Below the pieces are notes generated by a model, which ran no database searches, was not told the origin of the DNA, and was given only the letters and a program-made list of their open reading frames with translations. A program made the position numbers and the translations under genes. A DNA stretch of 63,757 bases, the filler included, from an uncultured Candidatus Sumerlaeota bacterium (lineage in GTDB: Bacteria > CAYMEV01): the NCBI GenBank assembly GCA_964389675.1. It is 4 parts of 4 records of this genome, joined end to end, with 100 filler letters (N's around TTAATTAATTAA, not from the genome) between each part and the next. Parts side by side here need not be neighbours in the genome. Positions count along the whole stretch, not along the records: positions 17,851 to 34,320 come from CAYMEV010000036.1; positions 34,421 to 49,897 come from CAYMEV010000037.1; 2 more parts are not named here. One strand, 5' to 3'. Below are positions 30,026-39,405 of this stretch, piece after piece; the first letter of the stretch is position 1; the number at the start of each line of letters is the position of its first letter.

Positions 30026-31185
30026 AACTCACCGGCAATATGTACGGGCTGTCCGTCCCTGTATTTCTTTACAGTCATGAAGCTTCCGAGTGCAACTTTA
30101 TCCCCCGTCTCCAGGCCGGACAGCACCTCTGTCTTATCCCTGCCCTTTATGCCCGGGGTAATGGCAACCATCTTCAAAGTATTATCATTTATAATATATG
30201 CAAAATATTTGCCCTCTGAGATAAAAACAGCATTATTAAGCACTGCAGGAACTGATTCCTTTTTTTCAGTTATGACATCAAGCGTGATGCTTGAACCCAC
30301 CGGAAAATCCGGAGGCAGGTATTCAAGAAGTATCTCGCCTGTAAATATATTTTCCCGCAGAGAAGGGTATATGCTTGATACTGATGTTTCAACCGGGGGA
30401 TCTGCATTCAGTATTGCCTTCTGTCCGGGTTTTATGATACCTGCATCCTCCCTGGGCAGATCAAAGACGATCCTGTAAAGCTCAGTTGAATCAATTATGA
30501 ATATCGGGCGCCCCGGTGAAGCAAGCTCGCCTTCCTTCATGAGCACCTTCCTTATTATTCCGTCTGCCGGGCTTTTGATCTTTGCATACCCGAGAAGAAT
30601 CCGTGTCTCTTCTATCTGGCTTTTCAGGCTGTCGCTCTCATAACGGGCCTTTTCCAGGTCGCTGGAAAATGATTCAAGGTCTGTTTTTGCCTTTATATAG
30701 CTGTTGCGTGCCGTATCATAGTTCTGCTGGCTTATTGCCCCTTTTTCCAGGAGCCTGCTGTTTCTTTCAAGCTCCTTTTCAAGAAATTTAAGATTGGAAA
30801 CCAGGAACTCCTGCCTTCTTAAAAGCGACTCTATCTGGCTATCCATTGCATTTTTTCTCTGCCCGGACTGATCCAGCTTGAGTTTCAGCTCCCTTTCCTC
30901 AAGAAGGGCAATTGTCTCATCTGCTTCTACCTTGTCCCCCTCCTGTTTAAGTATCTTTCTGATCTTCTGGTTTACCTGCGGTGAAACCTCTATCTGGTCA
31001 AAGGACATAACAGGGCCTGTATACTTTTTAGTAACGGTTATATCGGATTCAGATACTTCATGGAAATATACGGAAACTGTATAATCACTGCTGCTCTTTG
31101 CCGAGGCATATCTCATCCTTATCCTGATTACAAGCACTGCAATAATAAGTATAATTGCAAGAAGCCATATTATAAGCCTTTTCAT
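30022..31185 (-). CDS. RND efflux periplasmic adaptor (membrane fusion protein)
   Basis: N-terminal anchor; EGDKV lipoyl half; coiled coil; IKSPADG..EGE; EVLSGL..GDKV. Confidence 0.93.
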   Translation of the reverse strand: MKRLIIWLLAIILIIAVLVIRIRMRYASAKSSSDYTVSVYFHEVSESDITVTKKYTGPVMSFDQIEVSPQVNQKIRKILKQEGDKVEADETIALLEERELKLKLDQSGQRKNAMDSQIESLLRRQEFLVSNLKFLEKELERNSRLLEKGAISQQNYDTARNSYIKAKTDLESFSSDLEKARYESDSLKSQIEETRILLGYAKIKSPADGIIRKVLMKEGELASPGRPIFIIDSTELYRIVFDLPREDAGIIKPGQKAILNADPPVETSVSSIYPSLRENIFTGEILLEYLPPDFPVGSSITLDVITEKKESVPAVLNNAVFISEGKYFAYIINDNTLKMVAITPGIKGRDKTEVLSGLETGDKVALGSFMTVKKYRDGQPVHIAGEL

Positions 31186-31781
31186 TTTTCATCCCCTTTT
31201 TTCAGTCCTTTGATATAGCTTTTAAATAATGGATCAAGGTATTCCTCAGGAGAACAGCCGTAATCCAGAAATGTGCAGTTTAAGGCATATGCCTGGGTAA
31301 GCCCTGCCAGAAACTGTGCATGAGCCCCTGTGTCACTGCAGATCATCTCTCCGTTCTTTACCGCTTCATCAAGGATATTCTTTATTATGGAGCTGTAATC
31401 AGAGAGCATCTGGCTTATTATGCTCTTCAGCTTTTTGTCATTTTTATAGACTGAATAGGCAAGGAGCATAAAATTGGCATTCCTGGATCTCCTTATATGC
31501 ATAAGTGCTTTACTGAGAAGGCTGTGGAGCCTGCCTTCAAAACTGCCCTTTTCATTTATCACATCACGGACAGAACCTGCAAAGGACCTGTGCACATACA
31601 TATAAAGCAAAGCGGTAAACTGAGATCTGTTCTCAAAATGCCTGTATATAGCAGGCTCTGTCACACCAAGCCTTTTTGCTATCACCCTGAAACTGCTGTT
31701 CTTTATTCCTTCCTGGGCTATAAGCTCCAGGGCTGTCTCCATTATCTCGACCTGTTTTTCTGTAAATTCATAATTTAACAT
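31182..31781 (-). CDS. TetR/AcrR family regulator
   Basis: IMETALELIAQEG..S..IAKRLGVTEPAIYRHF. Confidence 0.95.
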   Translation of the reverse strand: MLNYEFTEKQVEIMETALELIAQEGIKNSSFRVIAKRLGVTEPAIYRHFENRSQFTALLYMYVHRSFAGSVRDVINEKGSFEGRLHSLLSKALMHIRRSRNANFMLLAYSVYKNDKKLKSIISQMLSDYSSIIKNILDEAVKNGEMICSDTGAHAQFLAGLTQAYALNCTFLDYGCSPEEYLDPLFKSYIKGLKKGDEK

Positions 31782-31802
31782 ATCTATAATCCTTTAATTT
31801 AC

Positions 31803-31840
31803 TATGTTAGTTAATATATACTAACATAAGGATTTGTCAA
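31803..31840 (-). promoter_or_regulatory. Promoter with palindromic TetR operator
   Basis: TATGTTAGT-N8-ACTAACATA (31803-31828) overlapping TTGACA (31840-31835) and TATATT (31818-31813). Confidence 0.8.
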
Positions 31841-32198
31841 GGGGAAAATATATAGATTTTTATTCAAAGAAACCAGCAGAAACTGAGACTTTCTGATTAT
31901 AACTAAATAAAAAGCATCTAATAACCTAAAGTCAGAACCTTTTATTTACCATAATCTTTCATTTTATGAAAGCGGCATAATAGAAAGATCTAATATACAG
32001 ATCTTTATTTTTTTAATGGATATTAAATAACATGTTTACTCATTTTTTCATGGCTATTTCAGATGATTTGAGCCTTTATAAATCTCAAATGCTTAAAAAG
32101 CAAAAAAATTTTATTTTTATAGCCATTTTTTACCCTCTGACTCTTGAAAAAATGAGATATCGTCCTATATTAAAAAGCCTAAAGGGAGAAGAGGAAAT

Positions 32199-34136
32199 AT
32201 GAATCTTAAAGATTTTAAGGGAAAGTATGTAAAAATTACATTGAATCTGGAATCATCACTTGATTCATTTGAGAATGTGAAATTTACAGGCAAAATTCAT
32301 AAAGTCAGCAGAGACCATATTCTATTGTCAGATCCAGAATGCCTGACTGATAATGGATCATATGAATTTTATGAATCATTATGCGGCGAATACCTGAAGA
32401 CCATGAAAAATAAAAGGCTCTATATTGCAAAAATAATCATACTTGACTGTAAGCCAGTTGATGGCGAAAAGCATGAATGTTCTGATCCTGAATCCCCTTC
32501 GATGGCAGATTCAGATGACCGTATTTACAGGAAAAGCGATAATAAGGATAGAACAATTACCGGCCTGCAGATTATATTAGAGATACTGAACAAGTACACA
32601 TCCGATTGTGATGCAAAGGAGAGCCTTGCTCTGGTCAGGCTGTATGAAGATAAAGCAGATCTGTATGATAAAGAAATGCTGGAGAAATCACTTCAGAACT
32701 GCAATTTCTCAGCATATGGCTTAATTGAATCATTAAGCAATACAGATATGTTCTCTAAATCAGAAAAGAGGGATATATTATATGCAGTGCCCTTTTTATC
32801 ACCATATGCCCTTAACAGCCTTATGGAAATTCTTGAAGAGTATGAGAATGCCCCGGATCTCTTTGAAGACCCGGAGCTTGTGGATTCTAAAAAGCCCTGC
32901 CAGAGAACCATCATCGATAATATCTCAGGAGAAAACTCATTATTCAGACCTGGCAGGAAAATAAAAGAGTGGTCATCTTTGATTAAGATTAAAAAAAAGG
33001 AATATAAGCCCAGGTATCCCGGAACTGTAATGCTGAAGGGAGGCAAAGTTGATAATGAGATTTACGACCTCAGGTATAATAACCCTATGACCATATACCA
33101 GGAGCTAAAAAAGAGAGTATCAACACACAGAGAAGCACTGAAGAAAATTGCCTGCTCAGCCCACAGGCACTATATAAAAAGATCTGATATCTTCAAACTG
33201 TCAAGGATCAAACCGGAGGTATTCCTTCTTGCAGGACCAACAGGCTGCGGAAAGACATATATAATGCAGAATCTCGCAGATATGCTGGGGCTCCCATTCG
33301 TTCATGCCGATGCATCATCCCTTGTTCAGGCAGGGATAATCGGTAATACATTATATAACTGTCTGGATATGCTGAGAGATTCTGCAGTTTATGTGGAAGA
33401 GGAAGCAGAGCAGGGAATCTTCTTTCTTGACGAGATTGATAAACTGTTTATTAGAGACGACAGGAAAATAGCCTCGAACTATTATGGAGAATCCGTACAG
33501 AATGAGCTTCTCAGGATTATGGAGGGGTCAAAGGTACATATTGAGAAATCTGAAGATCTGTTTGATACATCCAGGCTTTTCTTTGTCCTTGGAGGTGCTT
33601 TTGAAGGAATAGAGGAGATCATAGCCAAAAGGCTTAGGATAGATAAAAAGCTTGGGTTCAGGAGCAAAGAAGATACAAAGGGAGATTTTAATGAAAAGAA
33701 GCTTTATTCCTATATTACAAAGGAGGATATTATAAACTATGGATTCCAGCGCCAGCTTCTTGCAAGGGTAAATGCATTTGCAGGCCTTGCTCCTCTTGGT
33801 ATTCGAGATTATATGAATATTCTGAAAAACAGAACTTCAAGCCCGTTTATAACACACATCGAATACCTGAAAGCATGCGGCATTAATCTTGTTATTGAAA
33901 ACGATGAAATTTACTCAATCATAGCTGAATATGCCTCCACAAGGCCTTTTGGGGCAAGGATCCTCTCTGATATAATTGATTATCTTGTTAATGAGTTATC
34001 TTTTGATTTAATTGGAATCCACAGCGCAGATATAATACTTACTAAAAAATATGTATCCGATAAGATAATGGAGTATGAAGGAAAGTGGCAACCCTCGGCC
34101 ATAAGGCCGCCAAATACAGAAGAAGATAAAAGGTGA
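32199..34136 (+). CDS. Atypical ClpX-like AAA+ ATPase with a long novel N-terminus
   Basis: GPTGCGKT, PFVHADAS, FLDEIDK, GESVQNELL, GGAFEG, LGF loop, GARIL; no C4 zinc-binding domain; about 290-aa N-terminal extension. Confidence 0.85.
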   Translation: MNLKDFKGKYVKITLNLESSLDSFENVKFTGKIHKVSRDHILLSDPECLTDNGSYEFYESLCGEYLKTMKNKRLYIAKIIILDCKPVDGEKHECSDPESPSMADSDDRIYRKSDNKDRTITGLQIILEILNKYTSDCDAKESLALVRLYEDKADLYDKEMLEKSLQNCNFSAYGLIESLSNTDMFSKSEKRDILYAVPFLSPYALNSLMEILEEYENAPDLFEDPELVDSKKPCQRTIIDNISGENSLFRPGRKIKEWSSLIKIKKKEYKPRYPGTVMLKGGKVDNEIYDLRYNNPMTIYQELKKRVSTHREALKKIACSAHRHYIKRSDIFKLSRIKPEVFLLAGPTGCGKTYIMQNLADMLGLPFVHADASSLVQAGIIGNTLYNCLDMLRDSAVYVEEEAEQGIFFLDEIDKLFIRDDRKIASNYYGESVQNELLRIMEGSKVHIEKSEDLFDTSRLFFVLGGAFEGIEEIIAKRLRIDKKLGFRSKEDTKGDFNEKKLYSYITKEDIINYGFQRQLLARVNAFAGLAPLGIRDYMNILKNRTSSPFITHIEYLKACGINLVIENDEIYSIIAEYASTRPFGARILSDIIDYLVNELSFDLIGIHSADIILTKKYVSDKIMEYEGKWQPSAIRPPNTEEDKR

Positions 34137-34320
34137 TATTTACAGAAATGGGTGAATGTCAAAGTTCTAATGGATTAAATGGCCTGGGTGTGATAACAAG
34201 TAACTATAATTTTCTTGGGCGTATGAAAATATAAATGATGAAACAGCATTAGAAATGAACTATATCCTAAAAATCTCTTATAAAACATTTATACGATAAA
34301 TCCGAGCAAAAATCAAGAAA

Positions 34321-34420
34321 NNNNNNNNNNNNNNNNNNNNNNNNNNNNNNNNNNNNNNNNNNNNTTAATTAATTAANNNNNNNNNNNNNNNNNNNNNNNN
34401 NNNNNNNNNNNNNNNNNNNN
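34321..34420. other. Artificial contig linker
   Basis: N44-TTAATTAATTAA-N44. Confidence 0.97.
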
Positions 34421-34438
34421 TAAATTGGGTATTTTTAT

Positions 34439-35599
34439 TTGTCGTTAGTGAGTAGGAATATTTGTCGCCAGACAATATTGATATTGTACAGGTATATTAG
34501 AAGATATATAGAGTGTTTGTTTAGGAATCAAGCTGAAAATCAGGCTAATCTATCAGGGATAACCAATGAAACCATATACAACCTGCAGTTAATTAAAGGA
34601 TTTTCAGCAGAAAATCGATTTATTAAATTTTATAAGGATTTTCTATTAAAGATATTAAAATATGAAAGAAACAGCAATTTTAAAATACAATTTATAATAT
34701 TTTTTATTTTGCTTTTTTTTGGGATATTGTTTTATGCATCATTGTCTTATCTTGAAAGTACAGCATCTTTTAGGGGATTTGAAGCATCAGTTCTGATAAC
34801 CTACTGCGGATATCTATACATCTTATTTAGCAAGTTTTCAGCATTTATTAGTTATTTTGGTATTATTCAGCAGGATTTAAGCTTTATAGACAGAATATAT
34901 ATGGTCAATGATATAGAACAGCAGAAATGCGAAAAGAATACAGATCTTGATATCATGTCTATTACTATTGATGAACTAGGAAAAGGATTTGGGAGCAAAT
35001 CAGTTGTCAAAGACATAAACCTTAAACTTGAGAAGGGGTCTATAACAGGAATTATCGGGAAAAGTGGAGGTGGAAAAAGCTCATTTCTAAAAACAGTATT
35101 TGGGCTTTATTCTAAAGATAAAGGGAAAATCATAATTAATAAAACAAAAAATGTTGAAAGCCTAAAGTCGCTTTTTGCGAATGATATTGTTTATATTCCC
35201 CAGGATGCTACATTATTTAAAGGAACAATAAGAGAAAATTTAGAGCTTCTATCTGGTATTTCTCAGATAAGTGAAGATAGAATAAAAAATATTTTTTTAA
35301 GACTCAAATTATATGAAGTATTAAAAAGAGAAAAAAGCATTCTAGACACATTAATCATGGAGAATGGAAATAACTTATCGGGGGGAGAAAAACAAAGAAT
35401 AATATTTGCGGTTCTATTACTGATCTCGCCAAAAGTAATACTCCTGGATGAGATTACATCCCAGGTAGATCCCCAGACTGAAAAGATTATTTTAGATATT
35501 GTTTCTGAAGAAAGAAAAAAGGGTAAAATTATAGTATGGATAGCACATAAGGTTAAATTCGAAGAAATATGCGACCAGATTATCGATATGAATGAATAA
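34439..35599 (+). CDS. ABC exporter (TMD + NBD fusion), 5'-truncated
   Basis: GKSGGGKS, LSGGEKQR, ILLDE, IAH; only part of the TMD is present; low GC; at a contig edge. Confidence 0.8.
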   Translation: MSLVSRNICRQTILILYRYIRRYIECLFRNQAENQANLSGITNETIYNLQLIKGFSAENRFIKFYKDFLLKILKYERNSNFKIQFIIFFILLFFGILFYASLSYLESTASFRGFEASVLITYCGYLYILFSKFSAFISYFGIIQQDLSFIDRIYMVNDIEQQKCEKNTDLDIMSITIDELGKGFGSKSVVKDINLKLEKGSITGIIGKSGGGKSSFLKTVFGLYSKDKGKIIINKTKNVESLKSLFANDIVYIPQDATLFKGTIRENLELLSGISQISEDRIKNIFLRLKLYEVLKREKSILDTLIMENGNNLSGGEKQRIIFAVLLLISPKVILLDEITSQVDPQTEKIILDIVSEERKKGKIIVWIAHKVKFEEICDQIIDMNE

Positions 35600-35761
35600 C
35601 AATAAAAGCAGTACAAAGTGAGAAGCAGCAATAAATATTGAAGTCTATATGTTATTGCATATTTCAAGATTGCAGAGCCATATGATAAAATTACCCTCGT
35701 TCCCCCCGCAAATAAGCCGGAAAACTGTAAACCGCTTCTTGCCCTTTCAGTCAGGAATAAA

Positions 35762-36187
35762 ATGTCTGAAGGATCCAGCTTTACTCTTAATGGCTGGGCA
35801 TCACCGGAAGAAAATGGCATCTGGTCTGATTCCAGAGAAGCATGCCTTAGTTTCAAAATGCCTGATCTTGCCGCCCAGAGCCTTAAGCTGAAGATCAATT
35901 CCTGTGCATTTGTGAATGAAAGCCATCCCTTTCAGGAAATTGATCTGTATATCGGCGATAATTACCTTAAATCCCTTAAATACACCCTTTCTGAGAACAG
36001 AATGATAAGGTCCATTCTGATACCGGCAAATTTTATTTTACAGGATGATTCCAGAGTCATGATAAGGTTCAGGATGAACAACCCTGTATCACCGTGTACT
36101 CTGGGCCTGTGCGCGGATGAACGCTGTCTCGGCATCTATTTAATTTCTGTGGAGCTGTCAACTGTCTCAAATTACAATTATCTGTAG
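35762..36187 (+). pseudogene. Isolated C-terminal beta-sandwich domain (GW..PE..G.WS..D.R.LG type), probably a gene fragment
   Basis: GWASPEENGIWSD and PVSP..LG..DERCLGI, usually found at the ends of glycan-related proteins; frame open about 40 codons upstream with no good start. Confidence 0.5.
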
Positions 36188-36701
36188 GCCTGTATGTGTT
36201 AACCTTTTTGGATCCTTTTATTATAATATTTTCAATTAATTTTTCTCCAGATATAATATTGCTTCTTTTGCTGGTATCCACTGTATAGTTTGTCTTGATC
36301 CCTAATATTCTGTATCTGCCTTTTTTGCCTGATTCATTACTTCATTTCTTTAACTGATGCTTCTGCTTTCAGGCGGTAGAACCTTTTTTAAATTTATAGC
36401 TTTAAGGAATTTGAATATGACACCTCCTCTTTGTTTAGATGCAAAATATATATTGGTACATAGGGTCCAGGATAACTGGTGGCAATAAAATAGTACTTGC
36501 ATTGAGAGGTTGATTTATATATACTTGCAGTAGTGACTTTAAGACATTTGCTTTGAGAACGATAATGGAAAAATGTATGAATTTGATATTGAGGAACAGA
36601 TCAATAATAGCAGGAAACATAGATCAGGTAGTATCAAAGAGTGGAATTTGCTTATCTCATCAGCAGATATAAGCTAATGTCAGCAATGATTCAAAATATA
36701 G

Positions 36702-36893
36702 GTGAATGGAATGATTGAAAAAGTTGTTAAAATTATAGATTTAAGTGATAAAGACAATAATTTAGATGATTTGAAATATTGGTTAAGTAAACCTTCCAGA
36801 GAGAGAATCGCAGCTGTTGAATATTTAAGGAGACAATTTTATGGAAGTTCAGCAAGACTTCAAAGAGTTGTTAGAATTGTTCAACGAACATAA
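36702..36893 (+). CDS. Small protein paired with a nucleotidyltransferase
   Basis: DLKYWLSKPSRERIAAVEYLR..RLQRV; overlaps the next gene by 53 bp. Confidence 0.7.
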   Translation: MNGMIEKVVKIIDLSDKDNNLDDLKYWLSKPSRERIAAVEYLRRQFYGSSARLQRVVRIVQRT

Positions 36894-37287
36894 TGTGCAA
36901 TACATGATAGTTGGCGGATATGCATTGGCATTTCATGGTGCACCAAGATACACAGGCGACATTGACTTATTTGTTAAGCCGGATTCAGAAAACGCACAAC
37001 AAATATTGATCGCTCTTAATAAATTCGGATTCGGATCTGCAGGAATTAAACAAGAAGATCTTGAAACACCAGACAGAGTTATTCAGCTCGGTCATCCACC
37101 GGTGCGTATTGATATAATTACATCAATTTCCGGTCTTTCCTGGGACGAAGCATGCCGAAAACGAATAAGTGGAGAATTCGGAGATATCTCAGTATATTAT
37201 ATTGGAAAAGAGCATTTCATCTTAAATAAGAGAGCTTCTGGCCGAAGAAGGGATCTTGCAGATCTGGAAGCCCTTGGAGAAGAATAA
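36841..37287 (+). CDS. Stand-alone Pol-beta-type nucleotidyltransferase
   Basis: VGGYALAFHGAPRYTGDIDL; NKRASGRRRDLADLE. Confidence 0.85.
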   Translation: MEVQQDFKELLELFNEHNVQYMIVGGYALAFHGAPRYTGDIDLFVKPDSENAQQILIALNKFGFGSAGIKQEDLETPDRVIQLGHPPVRIDIITSISGLSWDEACRKRISGEFGDISVYYIGKEHFILNKRASGRRRDLADLEALGEE

Positions 37288-37470
37288 TAGATCTGGTCCT
37301 TATGTCTTCAAAAAGGATTAAGGAAATAAAGAAAAGGATGCCCTGATAGAAACAGGTCATTTTATACCAGGGCATTAAACCTGCTCCGGTATGTATCAGC
37401 TTTTTATTTAAAGGCGGCATCTTATTGGCACATAGGGAAATGCAAAGAAATTTACAAAGTTTCTATCAAA

Positions 37471-38721
37471 CTAACAAAACATCATATCCTTAACAGATGA
37501 AATTCTTATGGTCTTTCCTGTATCGAGTGCTTTATTGCTTGCAAAAATGCCGTCAATGGGATCGTGCATGCCCTGGAATCTTGATTCCCTGAGTATGGTA
37601 TCCTTTATGAAAAACCCCTTAATATCTATTCCTTTTTGAGCCTTCATATAAATATCGTAATTTATGTTCTCTGCATCACTGTATATTTCTTTTGTACTGA
37701 TTATCTTTTCAATTACAGGCTTGTTCTCAAATTCTATACCTTTTGTTATTTCCCCGAGTGTCTGGATCAGTGATTTAGTATTTTTACTGTACCTTTTTAG
37801 GGTATCAGGATTGATTGAATACACCCTTCCTGGATACAGTGAAAAACAGCCTGACGGGGATATGATGGGAAGATCATTGGAATCCGGTTTCAGTATGCTG
37901 TTGTCAAGCTTTAGCATACCAGAATTATATAGAAGCGTATTTGGGAAGAATTCTCTTTTAACAGGTTCAAATCCATGGTCAGAGAGCAGAAAAACTGTAT
38001 TGCCAGCTTTTTTGAAATACATCAGGAAATCCCTGAAAAGGCTGTCAATATCACTGAGTATGCTAAGGACTGATAGAAAATAACTGCTGTTTTCATTATA
38101 TATATCTTTAAGGAAATAATGACACAATCTGTCAAGCTCCATGACATGAAAAAGGACTGCATCAAAGCCGTTATCATTTATCCATCTTAAAAGACGCCTT
38201 CTGCCCTGAAGTATCTGCTTTATTTCATCAAGGACTCCTGCCCTGTCCCCTGCATGCCCGTATGGATTGATATCGATCTTATATCCCATGCCATTTAATA
38301 TGGGAAGCATCCACTTGTGATTAACAGCCCTGTCAAGTGATGGTGAAAGAAAGTCGGATATGATAATGCCCCTGTTATAGTATGGCGGAGGATAGGTGCC
38401 GGGAATGTTCACTGCAGCAAATGATGATCTCTTATCATCAAGGATGTCAAAGATCGTTCTGCATTTAATGTCATTGTATCCGGGTATATAAAACCTGTTA
38501 TTCTCAAAGTCCCTCTCAATGAATCCGAATATATTGTGTTCTGACGGGTCTTTTCCGGTGAGGAAGGATGCCCAGCAGACAGGGGAGAGAGGGGGCGTTT
38601 CGCTCTCTATCTTAGAATGGCTGGGGGAAGAAAGGTAGAAATCCCTTATTGCGGGTATATAATCTCCCTTTTCCCTTATAAGCCTGTCTGATGCGCCATC
38701 AAGTAGAAACCCTGCTATCAT
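37471..38721 (-). CDS. Type I phosphodiesterase/nucleotide pyrophosphatase family protein
   Basis: LDGA, PPLSPVCWASFLTGKDPSEHNIFGF, NIPGTYPP, DRLCH, SDHGF, GMH. Confidence 0.88.
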   Translation of the reverse strand: MIAGFLLDGASDRLIREKGDYIPAIRDFYLSSPSHSKIESETPPLSPVCWASFLTGKDPSEHNIFGFIERDFENNRFYIPGYNDIKCRTIFDILDDKRSSFAAVNIPGTYPPPYYNRGIIISDFLSPSLDRAVNHKWMLPILNGMGYKIDINPYGHAGDRAGVLDEIKQILQGRRRLLRWINDNGFDAVLFHVMELDRLCHYFLKDIYNENSSYFLSVLSILSDIDSLFRDFLMYFKKAGNTVFLLSDHGFEPVKREFFPNTLLYNSGMLKLDNSILKPDSNDLPIISPSGCFSLYPGRVYSINPDTLKRYSKNTKSLIQTLGEITKGIEFENKPVIEKIISTKEIYSDAENINYDIYMKAQKGIDIKGFFIKDTILRESRFQGMHDPIDGIFASNKALDTGKTIRISSVKDMMFC

Positions 38722-38722
38722 G

Positions 38723-39235
38723 CTATTTCATGTATTCGTTCTTATAGTTGATATAATTGGCAGCTGAATCTTCCAGGTGTTTTAGCTCATTTTCACTCAG
38801 GCTTCTTATGGGTTTTGCAGGTATGCCTGCATACAGCATTTTTGTCTTTACGACAGTCTTGGGCGTGACGACTGCTCCTGCAGCTACAATGCTGTATGGC
38901 TCAACAATGCAGTTGTCAAGGATTATTGAGCCTATTCCAATCAGCGAGAAGTCTCCTATCTCACCGCCGTGTATCACAACACTGTGTCCTATGGTGATAT
39001 TGTCTCCTATTATTGTTGGGGCTGTGTCATGGGTTACATGGATCATTGAAAGGTCCTGAATGTTTGTATTATTCCCAATCTTGATGTAATTGACATCACC
39101 CCTTATTACAGCACCGAACCATATACCGCAGTCATTGCCTATTTCGACATCACCTATCACAGTTGAATTTTCTGCCAGAAAGACGTTTTTGCCTATTTTT
39201 GGGCTTTTATCCCTGTATTTTAAGATTAGTGCCAT
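38723..39235 (-). CDS. Gamma-carbonic anhydrase family hexapeptide-repeat protein (YrdA-like)
   Basis: IGDV.IG..C.IWFGAVIRGDVN, NIQD..MIH, IGH..VIHG. Confidence 0.92.
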   Translation of the reverse strand: MALILKYRDKSPKIGKNVFLAENSTVIGDVEIGNDCGIWFGAVIRGDVNYIKIGNNTNIQDLSMIHVTHDTAPTIIGDNITIGHSVVIHGGEIGDFSLIGIGSIILDNCIVEPYSIVAAGAVVTPKTVVKTKMLYAGIPAKPIRSLSENELKHLEDSAANYINYKNEYMK

Positions 39236-39317
39236 TATAGAACTCCTGAAAAAAGTATTATAAAATTTCTAATTTAATATGCTTTGTTGTCAATCAAAAA
39301 GGGAAATATCCTTAATA

Positions 39318-39346
39318 TTGACAGCCTTTCATATAAATAATAAGAT
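39318..39346 (+). promoter_or_regulatory. Sigma70 promoter upstream of the NtrC-type regulator
   Basis: TTGACA-17-TAAGAT. Confidence 0.55.
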
Positions 39347-39405
39347 AGATTTCTGCCCTGTTTTGGGATATATTATATAGTACAAAATATTAGCAGGTTC
39401 AGTTT

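Noticed and set aside
26889..30478. Numerous antisense ORFs (e.g. 26889-27365, 28047-28469, 30077-30478) and similar ones elsewhere
   Set aside because: They are shadows of well-supported genes on the opposite strand, with no motifs or RBS.
37420..37445. Sigma54 promoter (TGGCAC) near the NtrC-type gene block
   Set aside because: No GC at the required -12 spacing.
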